The position numbers were made by a program, and so were the translations under genes. Under the pieces are notes generated by a model, which was not told where the DNA came from, searched no databases, and worked only from the letters and a program-made list of their open reading frames with translations. From Escherichia coli (GTDB lineage Bacteria; Pseudomonadota; Gammaproteobacteria; Enterobacterales; Enterobacteriaceae), in assembly GCF_003334385.1 (NCBI RefSeq), contig NZ_QOWN01000031.1: a stretch of DNA of 54,847 bases, one strand, 5' to 3'. Shown here piece after piece: positions 38,098 to 46,369 of the stretch; the first letter of the stretch is position 1, and the number at the start of each line of letters is the position of its first letter.

Positions 38098-38174
38098 GCG
38101 CCCTTAGCTCAGTTGGATAGAGCAACGACCTTCTAAGTCGTGGGCCGCAGGTTCGAATCCTGCAGGGCGCGCCA
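38098..38174 (+). tRNA. argU: tRNA-Arg (anticodon UCU)
   Basis: 77-nt cloverleaf sequence gcgcccttagctcagttggatagagcaacgaccttctaagtcgtgggccgcaggttcgaatcctgcagggcgcgcca, anticodon loop cuUCUaa, encoded CCA end. Confidence 0.95.
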
Positions 38175-38189
38175 TTACAATTCAATCAG

Positions 38190-39353
38190 TTACGCCTTCT
38201 TTATATCCTCCATAATTCCAGAGTGGGACATATTTGGGACATTATCACCAAAAATGTCGTCTATTTTCCTCGCATGCTCTGTCAAATGATTAGGCGCAAG
38301 GTGAGCATACCTACGAACCATTTCTATGGACTCCCATCCGCCCATTTCCTGAAGCACTGATAATGGGACGCCTGACTGAATCAGCCAGCTTGCCCAGGTG
38401 TGTCTGAGGTCATGGAAACGGAAATCTTCAATTCCTGCACGACGACAAGCTGATAGCCATGATGTCTTGCTGTCGATGCGCATCTTCCTGACCGCAGGCG
38501 TTGATGTTCCATCTGCTCGCTTAGCCGCCTTGGTATGTACAAACACCCATTTGTGATGCTTGCCTATTTGATCACGCAACACTTTACAGGCGGTATCGTT
38601 CAGCGCCACACCAATGGCGCGGTTTGATTTGCTCTCTTCTGGATTCACCCAGGCAACTCGTCGCTGCATGTCGATTTGTTGCCATTCCAGATTTATGATG
38701 TTCGACTTTCTCAGACCAGTTGCCAGCGCAAACTTGACGACAGATTTCAGTGGTTCGGGGCACTCATCAATAAGGCGTTTTGCTTCCTCCTTTTCCAGCC
38801 ATCTGACTCGCTTGTTTCTGACCGCTGGTATCTTGATGACAGGCGCTTTTTCCAGCCACTTCCAGTCGCGTTCTGCAGCACGGAGAATGGCCTTTATCAT
38901 GGCAAGATGCTTTGCCTTTGTCTGAGTTGATACTGGCTTTGGTTCATAAACAGGCGGTTCTTTACCTTTCCTGATGGCGGCCTGAACTTTCTGTTTCCAT
39001 ATTTCTTTCGTCTTTCTGTTATGCATTCTGCTTACAGCAGAGTAAATCTTTGCCTCCGAGATATCTTTAAGCCTTATACCCTCAAAATGTTCAAGCCAGA
39101 ACTCAATCCGGCTTTTATCTGAATCGAGAGATTTTTTATCAGCTTTTTCCTCAAGCCATCTTAGGCAGGCCTCTTCAAAAGTGACATCAGGTAAATCCCC
39201 TAGCTTTTCTACTCGCCAGAGTTCTGCTTTTCGCTTGTCGTGCAACTCCTGAGCTTGCCGCTTGTCCTTTGTGCCAAGAGATTCCTTAATTCGTTTCCCG
39301 CCCGGGAGCGAATACGAGGCATACCATATTTCATTTCTGCGGAAGAGTGACAT
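38190..39353 (-). CDS. intD: Phage tyrosine integrase
   Basis: 387-aa [36 protein letters not shown] with C-terminal catalytic HxxR...Y region; adjacent to the tRNA. Confidence 0.9.
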   Translation of the reverse strand: MSLFRRNEIWYASYSLPGGKRIKESLGTKDKRQAQELHDKRKAELWRVEKLGDLPDVTFEEACLRWLEEKADKKSLDSDKSRIEFWLEHFEGIRLKDISEAKIYSAVSRMHNRKTKEIWKQKVQAAIRKGKEPPVYEPKPVSTQTKAKHLAMIKAILRAAERDWKWLEKAPVIKIPAVRNKRVRWLEKEEAKRLIDECPEPLKSVVKFALATGLRKSNIINLEWQQIDMQRRVAWVNPEESKSNRAIGVALNDTACKVLRDQIGKHHKWVFVHTKAAKRADGTSTPAVRKMRIDSKTSWLSACRRAGIEDFRFHDLRHTWASWLIQSGVPLSVLQEMGGWESIEMVRRYAHLAPNHLTEHARKIDDIFGDNVPNMSHSGIMEDIKKA

Positions 39354-39580
39354 TTTCTTTCCTCTGTTATGCCATCACCCGCGCTCACCTGGACAGTATG
39401 CAGCGGAGACTGAAGCGCCGCAATGCAGGCTTGCCGTGTTGTGAGGTAAGGAGATTTTGGCTTGGTTGGATCTTTACGTGTTGCCTGTAGGCGGCCTGTT
39501 CGTATCCAGTTGGTGGCGGTTGGTCTGGATATCTTAAGAAACTGACAGGCCTCATCGAGTGTGAGGCTGTATGATTCCAT
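39209..39580 (-). CDS. Excisionase-like HTH protein; ORF overlaps the integrase start, possibly decayed
   Basis: AlpA/Xis-like HTH ([26 protein letters not shown]); start taken at MESYSL; 145-nt overlap with int in another frame. Confidence 0.4.
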   Translation of the reverse strand: MESYSLTLDEACQFLKISRPTATNWIRTGRLQATRKDPTKPKSPYLTTRQACIAALQSPLHTVQVSAGDGITEERKCHSSAEMKYGMPRIRSRAGNELRNLLAQRTSGKLRSCTTSEKQNSGE

Positions 39581-39830
39581 GGTTACCTCTGCTTTTTGAA
39601 CGCATGTCACGTAACTTCTTAATGTGTTCTGCCGTTTCGATCTCTTCTGCTATCCGATCTGCATCAGCTTTATTCACAGGTTCAAAGTCATGATTAAAGC
39701 GGAACATGCTGGCGATACATGTTCTGCCTTTTCGGATGTAGTGAACTTTGTTGTGGGTAGAACGCAGGATTTTGCAGGGAGTGCCGTGGTGGTCGACGTA
39801 CCAGGTGTTAGGAAAAATGATTCTGAACAT
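39552..39830 (-). CDS. Hypothetical phage protein
   Basis: 92-aa ORF in the int-proximal early-left region. Confidence 0.35.
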   Translation of the reverse strand: MFRIIFPNTWYVDHHGTPCKILRSTHNKVHYIRKGRTCIASMFRFNHDFEPVNKADADRIAEEIETAEHIKKLRDMRSKSRGNHGIIQPHTR

Positions 39831-40095
39831 TTTTACACCTCAGTTGGACGATGTTGAAATTTGCTGCTTTGAGGCCATCACAGTCCCCATTGTTTGTTCT
39901 TAAGTTCGATCTCCTCCTGGCAACTTGCACAAGTCCGACAACCCTGAACAGCCAGGCGTCTTGCTCATCTATCGGATCGCCACACTCACAACAATGAGTT
40001 GCGGATACAGTCTGGTAGTTCTGACGACGCATTTTTATTGCTGTATTGCGCTGTAATTCTTCGATTTCTGATGCTGAATCAATGATGTCTGCCAT
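39808..40095 (-). CDS. Possible TraR/DksA-type C4 zinc-finger protein
   Basis: CCECGDPIDEQ motif in a 95-aa ORF; call is by eye only. Confidence 0.35.
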   Translation of the reverse strand: MADIIDSASEIEELQRNTAIKMRRQNYQTVSATHCCECGDPIDEQDAWLFRVVGLVQVARRRSNLRTNNGDCDGLKAANFNIVQLRCKNVQNHFS

Positions 40096-40193
40096 CTTCC
40101 ATTAATCCCTGAATTGTTGGTTAATACGCTTGAGGATGAATGCGAACAATAAAAAAGGAGCCTGTAGCTCCCTGATGATTTTGCTTTTCATGT

Positions 40194-40508
40194 TCACCGT
40201 TCCTTAAAGACGCCGTTTAACATGCCGATCGCCAGGCTTAAATGAGTCGGTGTGAATCCCATCAGCGTTACCGTTTCGCGGTGCTTCTTAAGTACGCTAC
40301 GGCAAATGTCATCGACGTTTTTATCCGGAAACTGCTGTCTGGCTTTTTTGATTTCAGAATTAGCCTGACGGGCAATGCTGCGAAGGGCGTTTTCCTGCTG
40401 AGGTGTCATTGAACAAGTCCCATGTCGGCAAGCATAAGCACACAGAATATGAAGCCCGCTGCCAGAAAAATGCATTCCGTGGTTGTCATGCAGCCTCCCG
40501 ACGGGCAA
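40194..40508 (-). CDS. Hypothetical phage protein
   Basis: 104-aa ORF; the true start may be the internal MTPQQENALRSIARQ. Confidence 0.3.
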   Translation of the reverse strand: MPVGRLHDNHGMHFSGSGLHILCAYACRHGTCSMTPQQENALRSIARQANSEIKKARQQFPDKNVDDICRSVLKKHRETVTLMGFTPTHLSLAIGMLNGVFKER

Positions 40509-41043
40509 GAATCCTTGAGCCGAACGCCATCAACTCTCCACGATCAACGGTCGTAAAGTGGCAGTGTGTACGGGGGTATGGGTGCCAGATAATGAGCATC
40601 GAGCCTTTATTATTTCCACTGACGGGTTTCTCAGTGAGTGGGTTAATAAATGCCAGTCGTCCTGCCGTGATGAATCTGACCTCACTGGCGGTTTGTATCG
40701 CTTCATGAAACCATCCGACAGATGTGTCAGCAGGCAATAACATTACACATCCCACACTACTGAATTTGTTTTCAGTGGCTGCCTTTTTCACAAAAGGGGA
40801 AATATTGCTGTATGGTGGATTCAACCAGACATAACCAGAGGCATATCCCATTGCTTCAGGCCATGAAGTGGTTAATGTGTTCTGCTCCTGTGAGATAAAA
40901 AGCCGACATAGTCGGTTTTTTTCGCTGGCGGCAGCATCAAGTTGAAAAACGAACTCTGCATTAAGCGCAGCAAAAATCTCTGGTGGTGTGCGCCAGCTGT
41001 CGCGATGTTCGGCAGGAGTATTGCTTCCGGTGAAATCAGTCAT
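40486..41043 (-). CDS. Phage DNA N6-adenine methyltransferase
   Basis: 185-aa ORF with the amino-methyltransferase catalytic motif NPPY (VWLNPPYSN). Confidence 0.6.
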   Translation of the reverse strand: MTDFTGSNTPAEHRDSWRTPPEIFAALNAEFVFQLDAAASEKNRLCRLFISQEQNTLTTSWPEAMGYASGYVWLNPPYSNISPFVKKAATENKFSSVGCVMLLPADTSVGWFHEAIQTASEVRFITAGRLAFINPLTEKPVSGNNKGSMLIIWHPYPRTHCHFTTVDRGELMAFGSRILARREAA

Positions 41044-41193
41044 ACAGCCCCCGTTTATTATTTATCGCCTCAGCCAGCCGCTGTGCTTTCAGTGGATTTC
41101 TGATAACAGAAAGGCCGGGAAATACCCAGCCTCGCTTTGTAACGGAGTAGATGAAAGTGATCGCGCCTACCCGGATATTATCGTGAGGATGCT

Positions 41194-41874
41194 TCATCGC
41201 CATTGCTCCCCAAATACAAAACCAATTTCAGCCAGTGCCACGTCCATTTTTTCGATGAACTCCGGCACCATCTCGTCAAAATTCGCCATGTACTTTTCAT
41301 TCCGCTCAATCACGACATAATGCAGGCCTTCACGCTTCATACGCGGGTCATAGTTGGCAAAGTACCAGGCATCTTTTCGCGTCACCCACATGCTGTACTG
41401 CACCTGGGCCATGTAAGCCGACTTTATGGCCTCGAAACCACCGAGCCGGAATTTCATGAAATCCCGGGAGGTAAACGGGCATTTCAGTTCAAGGCCGTTG
41501 CCGTCACTGCATAAACCATCGGGAGAGCAGGCGGTGCGCATACTTTCGTCGCGATAGATGATCGGGGATTCAGTAACATTCACGCCGGAAGTGAATTCAA
41601 ACAGGGTTCTGGCGTCGTTCTCGTACTGTTTTCCCCAGGCCAGCGCCTTAGCATTAACTTCCGGAGCCACACCGGTGCAAACCTCAGCCAGCAGGGTGTG
41701 GAAGTAGGACATTTTCATGTCAGGCCACTTCTTTCCTGAGCGGGGCTTTGCTATCACGTTGTGAACTTCTGAAGCGGTGATGACGCCGAGCCGTAATTTG
41801 TGCCATGCATCATCCCCCTGTTCGACAGCTCTCACGTCGATCCCGGTACGCTGCAGGATAATGTCCGGTGTCAT
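41194..41874 (-). CDS. exo: Lambda-type 5'-3' exonuclease (Red alpha)
   Basis: 226-aa translation matches lambda Exo as I recall it nearly residue for residue ([40 protein letters not shown]...). Confidence 0.9.
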   Translation of the reverse strand: MTPDIILQRTGIDVRAVEQGDDAWHKLRLGVITASEVHNVIAKPRSGKKWPDMKMSYFHTLLAEVCTGVAPEVNAKALAWGKQYENDARTLFEFTSGVNVTESPIIYRDESMRTACSPDGLCSDGNGLELKCPFTSRDFMKFRLGGFEAIKSAYMAQVQYSMWVTRKDAWYFANYDPRMKREGLHYVVIERNEKYMANFDEMVPEFIEKMDVALAEIGFVFGEQWR

Positions 41875-42656
41875 GCTGCCACCTTCTGCTCAGTGGCTTT
41901 CTGTTTCAGGAATCCAAGAGCTTTCACTGCTTCGGCCTGTGTCAGTTCTGACGATGCGCGAATGTCGCGGCGAAATATCTGGGAACAGAGCGGCAATAAG
42001 TCGTCATCCCATGTTTTATCCAGGGCGATCAGCAGAGTGTTAATCTCCTGCATGGTTTCATCGTTAACCGGAGTGATGTCGCGTTCTGGCTGACGTTCTG
42101 CAGTGTATGCAGTATTTTCGACAATGCGCTCGGCTTCATCCTTGTCATAGATACCAGCAAATCCGAAGGCCAGGCGGGCACACTGAATCATGGCTTTATG
42201 CCGTAACATCCGTTTGGGATGCGACTGCCACGGGCCGGTGATTTCTCTGCCTTCGCGGGTTTTGAATGGTTCGCGTCGGCATTCATCCATCCACTCGGTA
42301 ACGCAGATCGGATGATTACGGTCCTTGCGGTAAATCCGGCATGTACAGGATTCATTGTCCTGCTCAAAGTCCATGCCATCAAACTGCTGGTTTTCATTGA
42401 TGATGCGGGACCAGCCATCAACGCCCACCACCGGAACGATGCCGTTCTGCTTATCAGGGAAGGCGTAAATTTCTTTCGTCCACGGATTAAGGCCGTATTG
42501 GTTGGCGACGATCAGCAATGCGATGAACTGCGCATCGCTGGCATCGCCTTTAAATGCTGTCTGGCGAAGAGTGGTGATCAGTTCCTGTGGGTCGACAGAA
42601 TCCATGCCGACACGTTCAGCCAGCTTCCCAGCCAGCGTTGCGAGTGCTGTACTCAT
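41871..42656 (-). CDS. bet: Lambda-type single-strand annealing protein (Red beta)
   Basis: 261-aa translation [66 protein letters not shown] matches lambda Bet as I recall it. Confidence 0.9.
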   Translation of the reverse strand: MSTALATLAGKLAERVGMDSVDPQELITTLRQTAFKGDASDAQFIALLIVANQYGLNPWTKEIYAFPDKQNGIVPVVGVDGWSRIINENQQFDGMDFEQDNESCTCRIYRKDRNHPICVTEWMDECRREPFKTREGREITGPWQSHPKRMLRHKAMIQCARLAFGFAGIYDKDEAERIVENTAYTAERQPERDITPVNDETMQEINTLLIALDKTWDDDLLPLCSQIFRRDIRASSELTQAEAVKALGFLKQKATEQKVAA

Positions 42657-42661
42657 CCGTT

Positions 42662-42958
42662 TTATACCTCTGAATCAATATCAACCTGGTGGTGAGCAAT
42701 GGTTTCAACCATGTACTGGATGTGTTCTGCCATGCGCTCCTGAAACTCAACATCGTCATCAAACGCACGGGTAATGGCTTTTTTGCTGGCCCCGTGGCGT
42801 TGCAAATGATCGATGCATAGCGATTCAAACAGGTGCTGGGGCAGGCCTTTTTCCATGTCGTCTGCCAGTTCTGCCTCTTTCTCTTCACGGGCGATCTGCT
42901 GGTAGTGACGCGCCCAGCTCTGAGCCTCAAGACGATCCTGAATGTAATAAGCGTTCAT
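42662..42958 (-). CDS. gam: Gam host-nuclease (RecBCD) inhibitor, short form
   Basis: 98-aa translation [56 protein letters not shown] matches lambda GamS as I recall it. Confidence 0.85.
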   Translation of the reverse strand: MNAYYIQDRLEAQSWARHYQQIAREEKEAELADDMEKGLPQHLFESLCIDHLQRHGASKKAITRAFDDDVEFQERMAEHIQYMVETIAHHQVDIDSEV

Positions 42959-43035
42959 GGCTGAACTCCTGAAAATGGCTGTGAAAATAGCGCCCGCGAA
43001 ATGCCAGGCTGATTAGGAAAACAGGAAAGGGGGGG

Positions 43036-43446
43036 TTAGTGATTCAGGCCGTTACCGCGTCCGTCGAGAAAAACTTCCACGAGCAAATCACGGGTATAAG
43101 TGCGCTCGATGCCGCGATGCAGATAAAGCCGTCCGCGTAAATTAGCTGATGCTGTCCAGGTACCATCTTTGTGTTTGACCAGCATTCCTGGCATGACCGC
43201 GCCGCGATTAACGGTCTGCGTTCCGTAATGTTGATGAACCATAAAAACTCCTGCCCGTAAGCTGGGCTGCTGAACATATAGAGACTTCTGCGCGTATTCA
43301 GGCGGTGGATGGCCGCCGGTTGTCATAACTAAGCCGCCTCGTTGAAGCGACTGAGGTATGAAATGTTGAGTTAATTTCAGCTGGTCACACCGACGTTCAC
43401 GCGTCCGTTTCACCCCTCGCACTCCCCGAAGCCTGCTGAAATTCAA
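43036..43446 (-). CDS. First gene downstream of the putative pL; arginine-rich N-terminus, possible N-like antiterminator or kil/cIII-position protein
   Basis: 136-aa ORF; N-terminal RLRGVRGVKRTRERR resembles an arginine-rich RNA-binding motif; position relative to OL/pL. Confidence 0.35.
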   Translation of the reverse strand: MNFSRLRGVRGVKRTRERRCDQLKLTQHFIPQSLQRGGLVMTTGGHPPPEYAQKSLYVQQPSLRAGVFMVHQHYGTQTVNRGAVMPGMLVKHKDGTWTASANLRGRLYLHRGIERTYTRDLLVEVFLDGRGNGLNH

Positions 43447-43463
43447 ACTGCGGATCTAAGCGG

Positions 43464-43515
43464 TCATCGCAACGGTGAATCAGGTAGTTGCCGTATCGTT
43501 GTGTTGTTGCGATGA
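43464..43515. promoter_or_regulatory. 10-bp perfect inverted repeat in the leader between the putative pL and the first early-left gene
   Basis: tcatcgcaac (43464-43473) and gttgcgatga (43506-43515) separated by 32 nt. Confidence 0.35.
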
Positions 43516-43519
43516 ACTT

Positions 43520-43600
43520 ATTTAAAACTATAGTTGTTTTATCGTCAACAACAAAAGTTGTTTTATTGGTTGTTTTAGATATAACTGGTTGTATTTAGGA
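43520..43600 (-). promoter_or_regulatory. Putative OL/pL: leftward promoter embedded in GTTGTT/AACAAC operator half-sites
   Basis: Minus-strand gttgTTGACGataaaacaactatagttTTAAAT is a near copy of the pR-side sequence; palindrome aacaacaaaagttgtt at 43555-43570. Confidence 0.5.
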
Positions 43601-43677
43601 TGGATTTATTTTGTGACTTGCATCGCACAGCGATAACTGAAGCGAGGTCGTGGTGGTTTTTTGAACTGTTTGTGTGA

Positions 43678-43705
43678 TGAGGGGAGGCAAAAGAAAACCC
43701 GGCAC
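43678..43705 (-). terminator. Rho-independent terminator ending the cI-defence-candidate transcript
   Basis: Minus strand cccggccgtcgtgccggg stem-loop (6-bp GC stem) followed by ttttctttt, 15 nt after the stop of the 287-aa ORF. Confidence 0.6.
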
Positions 43706-43719
43706 GACGGCCGGGGAAA

Positions 43720-44583
43720 TCATTTCGCATCTACAATAAATAACCTGTTTATCTGGCCTTTTTTAACAGTAGCCTTTGCGGTTATAGTGAATACTGCAGA
43801 TGGATCACCTTTGGTTGATATATATGCACTAAGAGCTCTAATATACGGGTTATTCTTCTTTCCTGCAGCTGGATCGCTAATTTCAGCAGTGATTCTCTTT
43901 TTTGAGTCATCACCATCTAAAATTATTTTAGCTGTCATATTTTGTGCATCAAATTCTGTAAGAAAAGCACGATACTCACGAAGACCGAGAACTTCATCAT
44001 CATCAAGCCTATCAATTTCAGCTTTATCTCTCTCGTTAACTTTTAGAAGGCAGCCGTCAACATTTGTTGCAACACTTATCTGATCGCAAGTATTACCAAT
44101 AGGTGATACTGCCTGCCTTACAGAGGGGCGAAGCTCTACAGCCATTCGGTCAATCAAAGAGATCAACTTATCAATGGTTCCAGCATCCTTGTTTCCCAGT
44201 GCCTCTATGGCCTTTTCAAGTGACTGCTGCAAAGCTTTCATTTCATCTTTCTTGTTAGAATTTCTCGCAAAAATATATTGTAGTATTGCGCCAAGTATAG
44301 TTGCGGCGATCCCCGAGAACAACTGGTTCTGAGTGGCGAAGTTAAGAACTGCTTCAAGAGTAAAGCAGTTAGCTTTTGCTTCGCGTGCGTAAACCTTAAC
44401 TTCCTGATAATTAATGTATTTACTATATTTTTGTGTAACAGAGAAAGAAGCTGCTGTTGAGAGAACTTTAGAAAAACCCTTTAGGGATTCTCCTAGGCAG
44501 TTCAAATCTATTTCATGATTTAAAGCATCTTTTCCGTCATACCTAAGAGAGATTTTTATATCCTGTAAAGCGTCACAATCCAT
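43720..44583 (-). CDS. Unknown-function 287-aa protein at the rexAB-equivalent immunity-region locus; candidate lysogen-expressed anti-phage/superinfection-exclusion protein
   Basis: Directly downstream of and co-oriented with the cI-like repressor; visibly AT-rich versus flanks; central hydrophobic segment [19 protein letters not shown]; followed by an intrinsic terminator; no motif I can assign. Confidence 0.55.
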   Translation of the reverse strand: MDCDALQDIKISLRYDGKDALNHEIDLNCLGESLKGFSKVLSTAASFSVTQKYSKYINYQEVKVYAREAKANCFTLEAVLNFATQNQLFSGIAATILGAILQYIFARNSNKKDEMKALQQSLEKAIEALGNKDAGTIDKLISLIDRMAVELRPSVRQAVSPIGNTCDQISVATNVDGCLLKVNERDKAEIDRLDDDEVLGLREYRAFLTEFDAQNMTAKIILDGDDSKKRITAEISDPAAGKKNNPYIRALSAYISTKGDPSAVFTITAKATVKKGQINRLFIVDAK

Positions 44584-44649
44584 AAATCGCTCTCGTCTAA
44601 TTCTAATTAAATTTACTATCCCCTAAACGACTCATCAGCACAGTACTGA

Positions 44650-45339
44650 TTATCCATGTTTCCTGTACGTCTGGGGCATGCTCCCAATAACCTTACCGAA
44701 GATGAACACACGGTTCATCTCGTCTTTCTCGATCGGGTCCCACGGTGAGTAGCTCTTGTTATCAGAGATAACCAGCAGCTTATCCTTCATCATTTGCAGG
44801 CGCTTTACATGGGCTGTGTCGTCGTACAGAAACGCATAGATACCATCACCGTCGAAAGATTTAACCGTGATATCAACGAACAGCAGATCACCTGGTTCGA
44901 TCGTTCCTGACATGCTGTCACCACGCACGTTAATGATGCGGATATTTTCCGCCTTCCTACCATCGAACATGTGACGAGCATCGTCAAACGAGTACTCAAC
45001 CGAGCGTAGAACTTCTACAAACTCACGGTTGATGACTCCCGGCCCAGCACTGACTTCTATATCAAGAACGTCAATCTTGAAGTATTTGGAATGGCTGACA
45101 GTTGATTGTATTGGTTGCACTGTACTGTCTGACATATTTCCAACGCCAGAAGATAACCATTCTGCGCGCACACCCAAAGCGTTCGCGATCTCCACGATTT
45201 TAGTTGTTTGATTAGCTTTCCCTGTTTCGATTTTCTGAATAGCAGCCTGGCTAACCCCGACCAAATCCCCAAGCGCCTTTTGTGTAAGGCCTCGCGCTAA
45301 TCTGGCTTCTTTAAGTCTTTCTGAGAGTGTTGTTTTCAT
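44650..45339 (-). CDS. cI-like prophage repressor (HTH plus S24 LexA-like autopeptidase domain)
   Basis: Start taken at MKTTLSERLKEARLARGLTQKALGDLVGVSQAAIQKIETG (XRE HTH); C-terminal domain with GDSM motif (NVRGDSMSGTIEPGD) and a downstream lysine (HVKRLQ); divergent from cro. Confidence 0.8.
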   Translation of the reverse strand: MKTTLSERLKEARLARGLTQKALGDLVGVSQAAIQKIETGKANQTTKIVEIANALGVRAEWLSSGVGNMSDSTVQPIQSTVSHSKYFKIDVLDIEVSAGPGVINREFVEVLRSVEYSFDDARHMFDGRKAENIRIINVRGDSMSGTIEPGDLLFVDITVKSFDGDGIYAFLYDDTAHVKRLQMMKDKLLVISDNKSYSPWDPIEKDEMNRVFIFGKVIGSMPQTYRKHG

Positions 45340-45443
45340 AGTCCAAATGTACAACCAAGGTTTTATTCCATCAAACGAAAATGGTTGTTGACTAAAAACA
45401 ACCATAGTTTTAATCTTGATTCAAATTAACCACGGAGGTTGTT
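45340..45443. promoter_or_regulatory. Putative OR region with pR (and presumably pRM) between cI and cro
   Basis: Palindrome ATGGTTGTTgactaaaAACAACCAT (45381-45405); TTGACT (45388-45393), 17-nt spacer, TAATCT (45411-45416); additional GGTTGTT/AACAACC half-sites at about 45350 and 45437. Confidence 0.6.
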
Positions 45444-45674
45444 ATGAACCCAGCTATCAAAACAGCGATCAATATCGTTGGTTCACAAAAGAAACTGGGC
45501 GCTGCTTGCGAAGTTTCACAGCAGGCCGTCTATAAGTGGCTTCACAACAAAGCAAAGGTATCCCCTGAACATGTCGGCAGCATTGTTACGGCTACTGGTG
45601 GAGTAGTGAAGGCATACCAGATTCGCCCGGATCTTCCGAAGTTGTTTCCACACACCGAAAAGAACGCAGCTTAA
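45444..45674 (+). CDS. Cro-like small DNA-binding protein
   Basis: 76-aa ORF divergent from cI with GGAGG ribosome-binding site; HTH-like segment LGAACEVSQQAVYKWL. Confidence 0.65.
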   Translation: MNPAIKTAINIVGSQKKLGAACEVSQQAVYKWLHNKAKVSPEHVGSIVTATGGVVKAYQIRPDLPKLFPHTEKNAA

Positions 45675-45743
45675 ATTTCCATTTCACGCTCTTTAACAAT
45701 AAGCAATCAACTTAACAGTCAATTCAAACTAAAGGAGTCAATT

Positions 45744-46283
45744 ATGCAACCACTTACATACCAACAGACTAGCGGATTTAGCCCGACTGCGGTGATAAAT
45801 CGTTCTCAAACAAAACAGGTGCCAGGCCACGAAAAAATCCGTGATGCCGTCCGCGCCTGGTCGGCTGTAGATAATCAGGATGTCGTTGCCACACTCATTG
45901 TGAATGAGTATCGGGAGCAGGGCGGCGGCACCATCGATTTCCCTGATGATGTCAGCCGTGCACGCCAGAAGCTGTTCCGCTTCCTCGATAACAAATTCGA
46001 TTCTGAAAAATACCGAAATAACGTGCGTGAACTGACCCCGGCAATTCTGGCGGTACTACCGCTGGAATATCGCGGTTACCTGGTTGAGCAGGATAGCTTC
46101 ATGGCTAGGTTGGCTGAAATGGAAAAGGAACTCAGTGAGGCAAAACAGGCTGTCATTCTCAACGCACCACGCCACCAGAAACTGAAGGAAATTAGTGAAG
46201 GTATTGTGTCGATGTTTCGTGTGGACCCAGATCTGGCTGGTCCATTGATGGCGATGGTTACTACCATGCTGGGGGCGATATGA
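45744..46283 (+). CDS. Protein at the cII position (possibly YdaT-like regulatory protein)
   Basis: 179-aa ORF between cro and O; family assignment uncertain. Confidence 0.35.
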   Translation: MQPLTYQQTSGFSPTAVINRSQTKQVPGHEKIRDAVRAWSAVDNQDVVATLIVNEYREQGGGTIDFPDDVSRARQKLFRFLDNKFDSEKYRNNVRELTPAILAVLPLEYRGYLVEQDSFMARLAEMEKELSEAKQAVILNAPRHQKLKEISEGIVSMFRVDPDLAGPLMAMVTTMLGAI

Positions 46284-46369
46284 CAGGTTCAGAAATGGCG
46301 AAAGCCGGTCTGCTGGAACAGAACCGACTTTCAGGTGCAAATCGTAACACACTCATTGCGGGAGGAATT

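Noticed and set aside
43661-44083. 140-aa plus-strand ORF overlapping the candidate defence gene
   Set aside because: Antisense to the longer 287-aa ORF, no ribosome-binding site, and a low-complexity translation; treated as spurious.
45444-46283. cro-like gene plus the 179-aa ORF as a toxin-antitoxin pair
   Set aside because: Position and orientation are fully explained by a cro/cII-type regulatory cassette; there is no sequence-level evidence for toxin activity, so it is kept only as a low-interest note.
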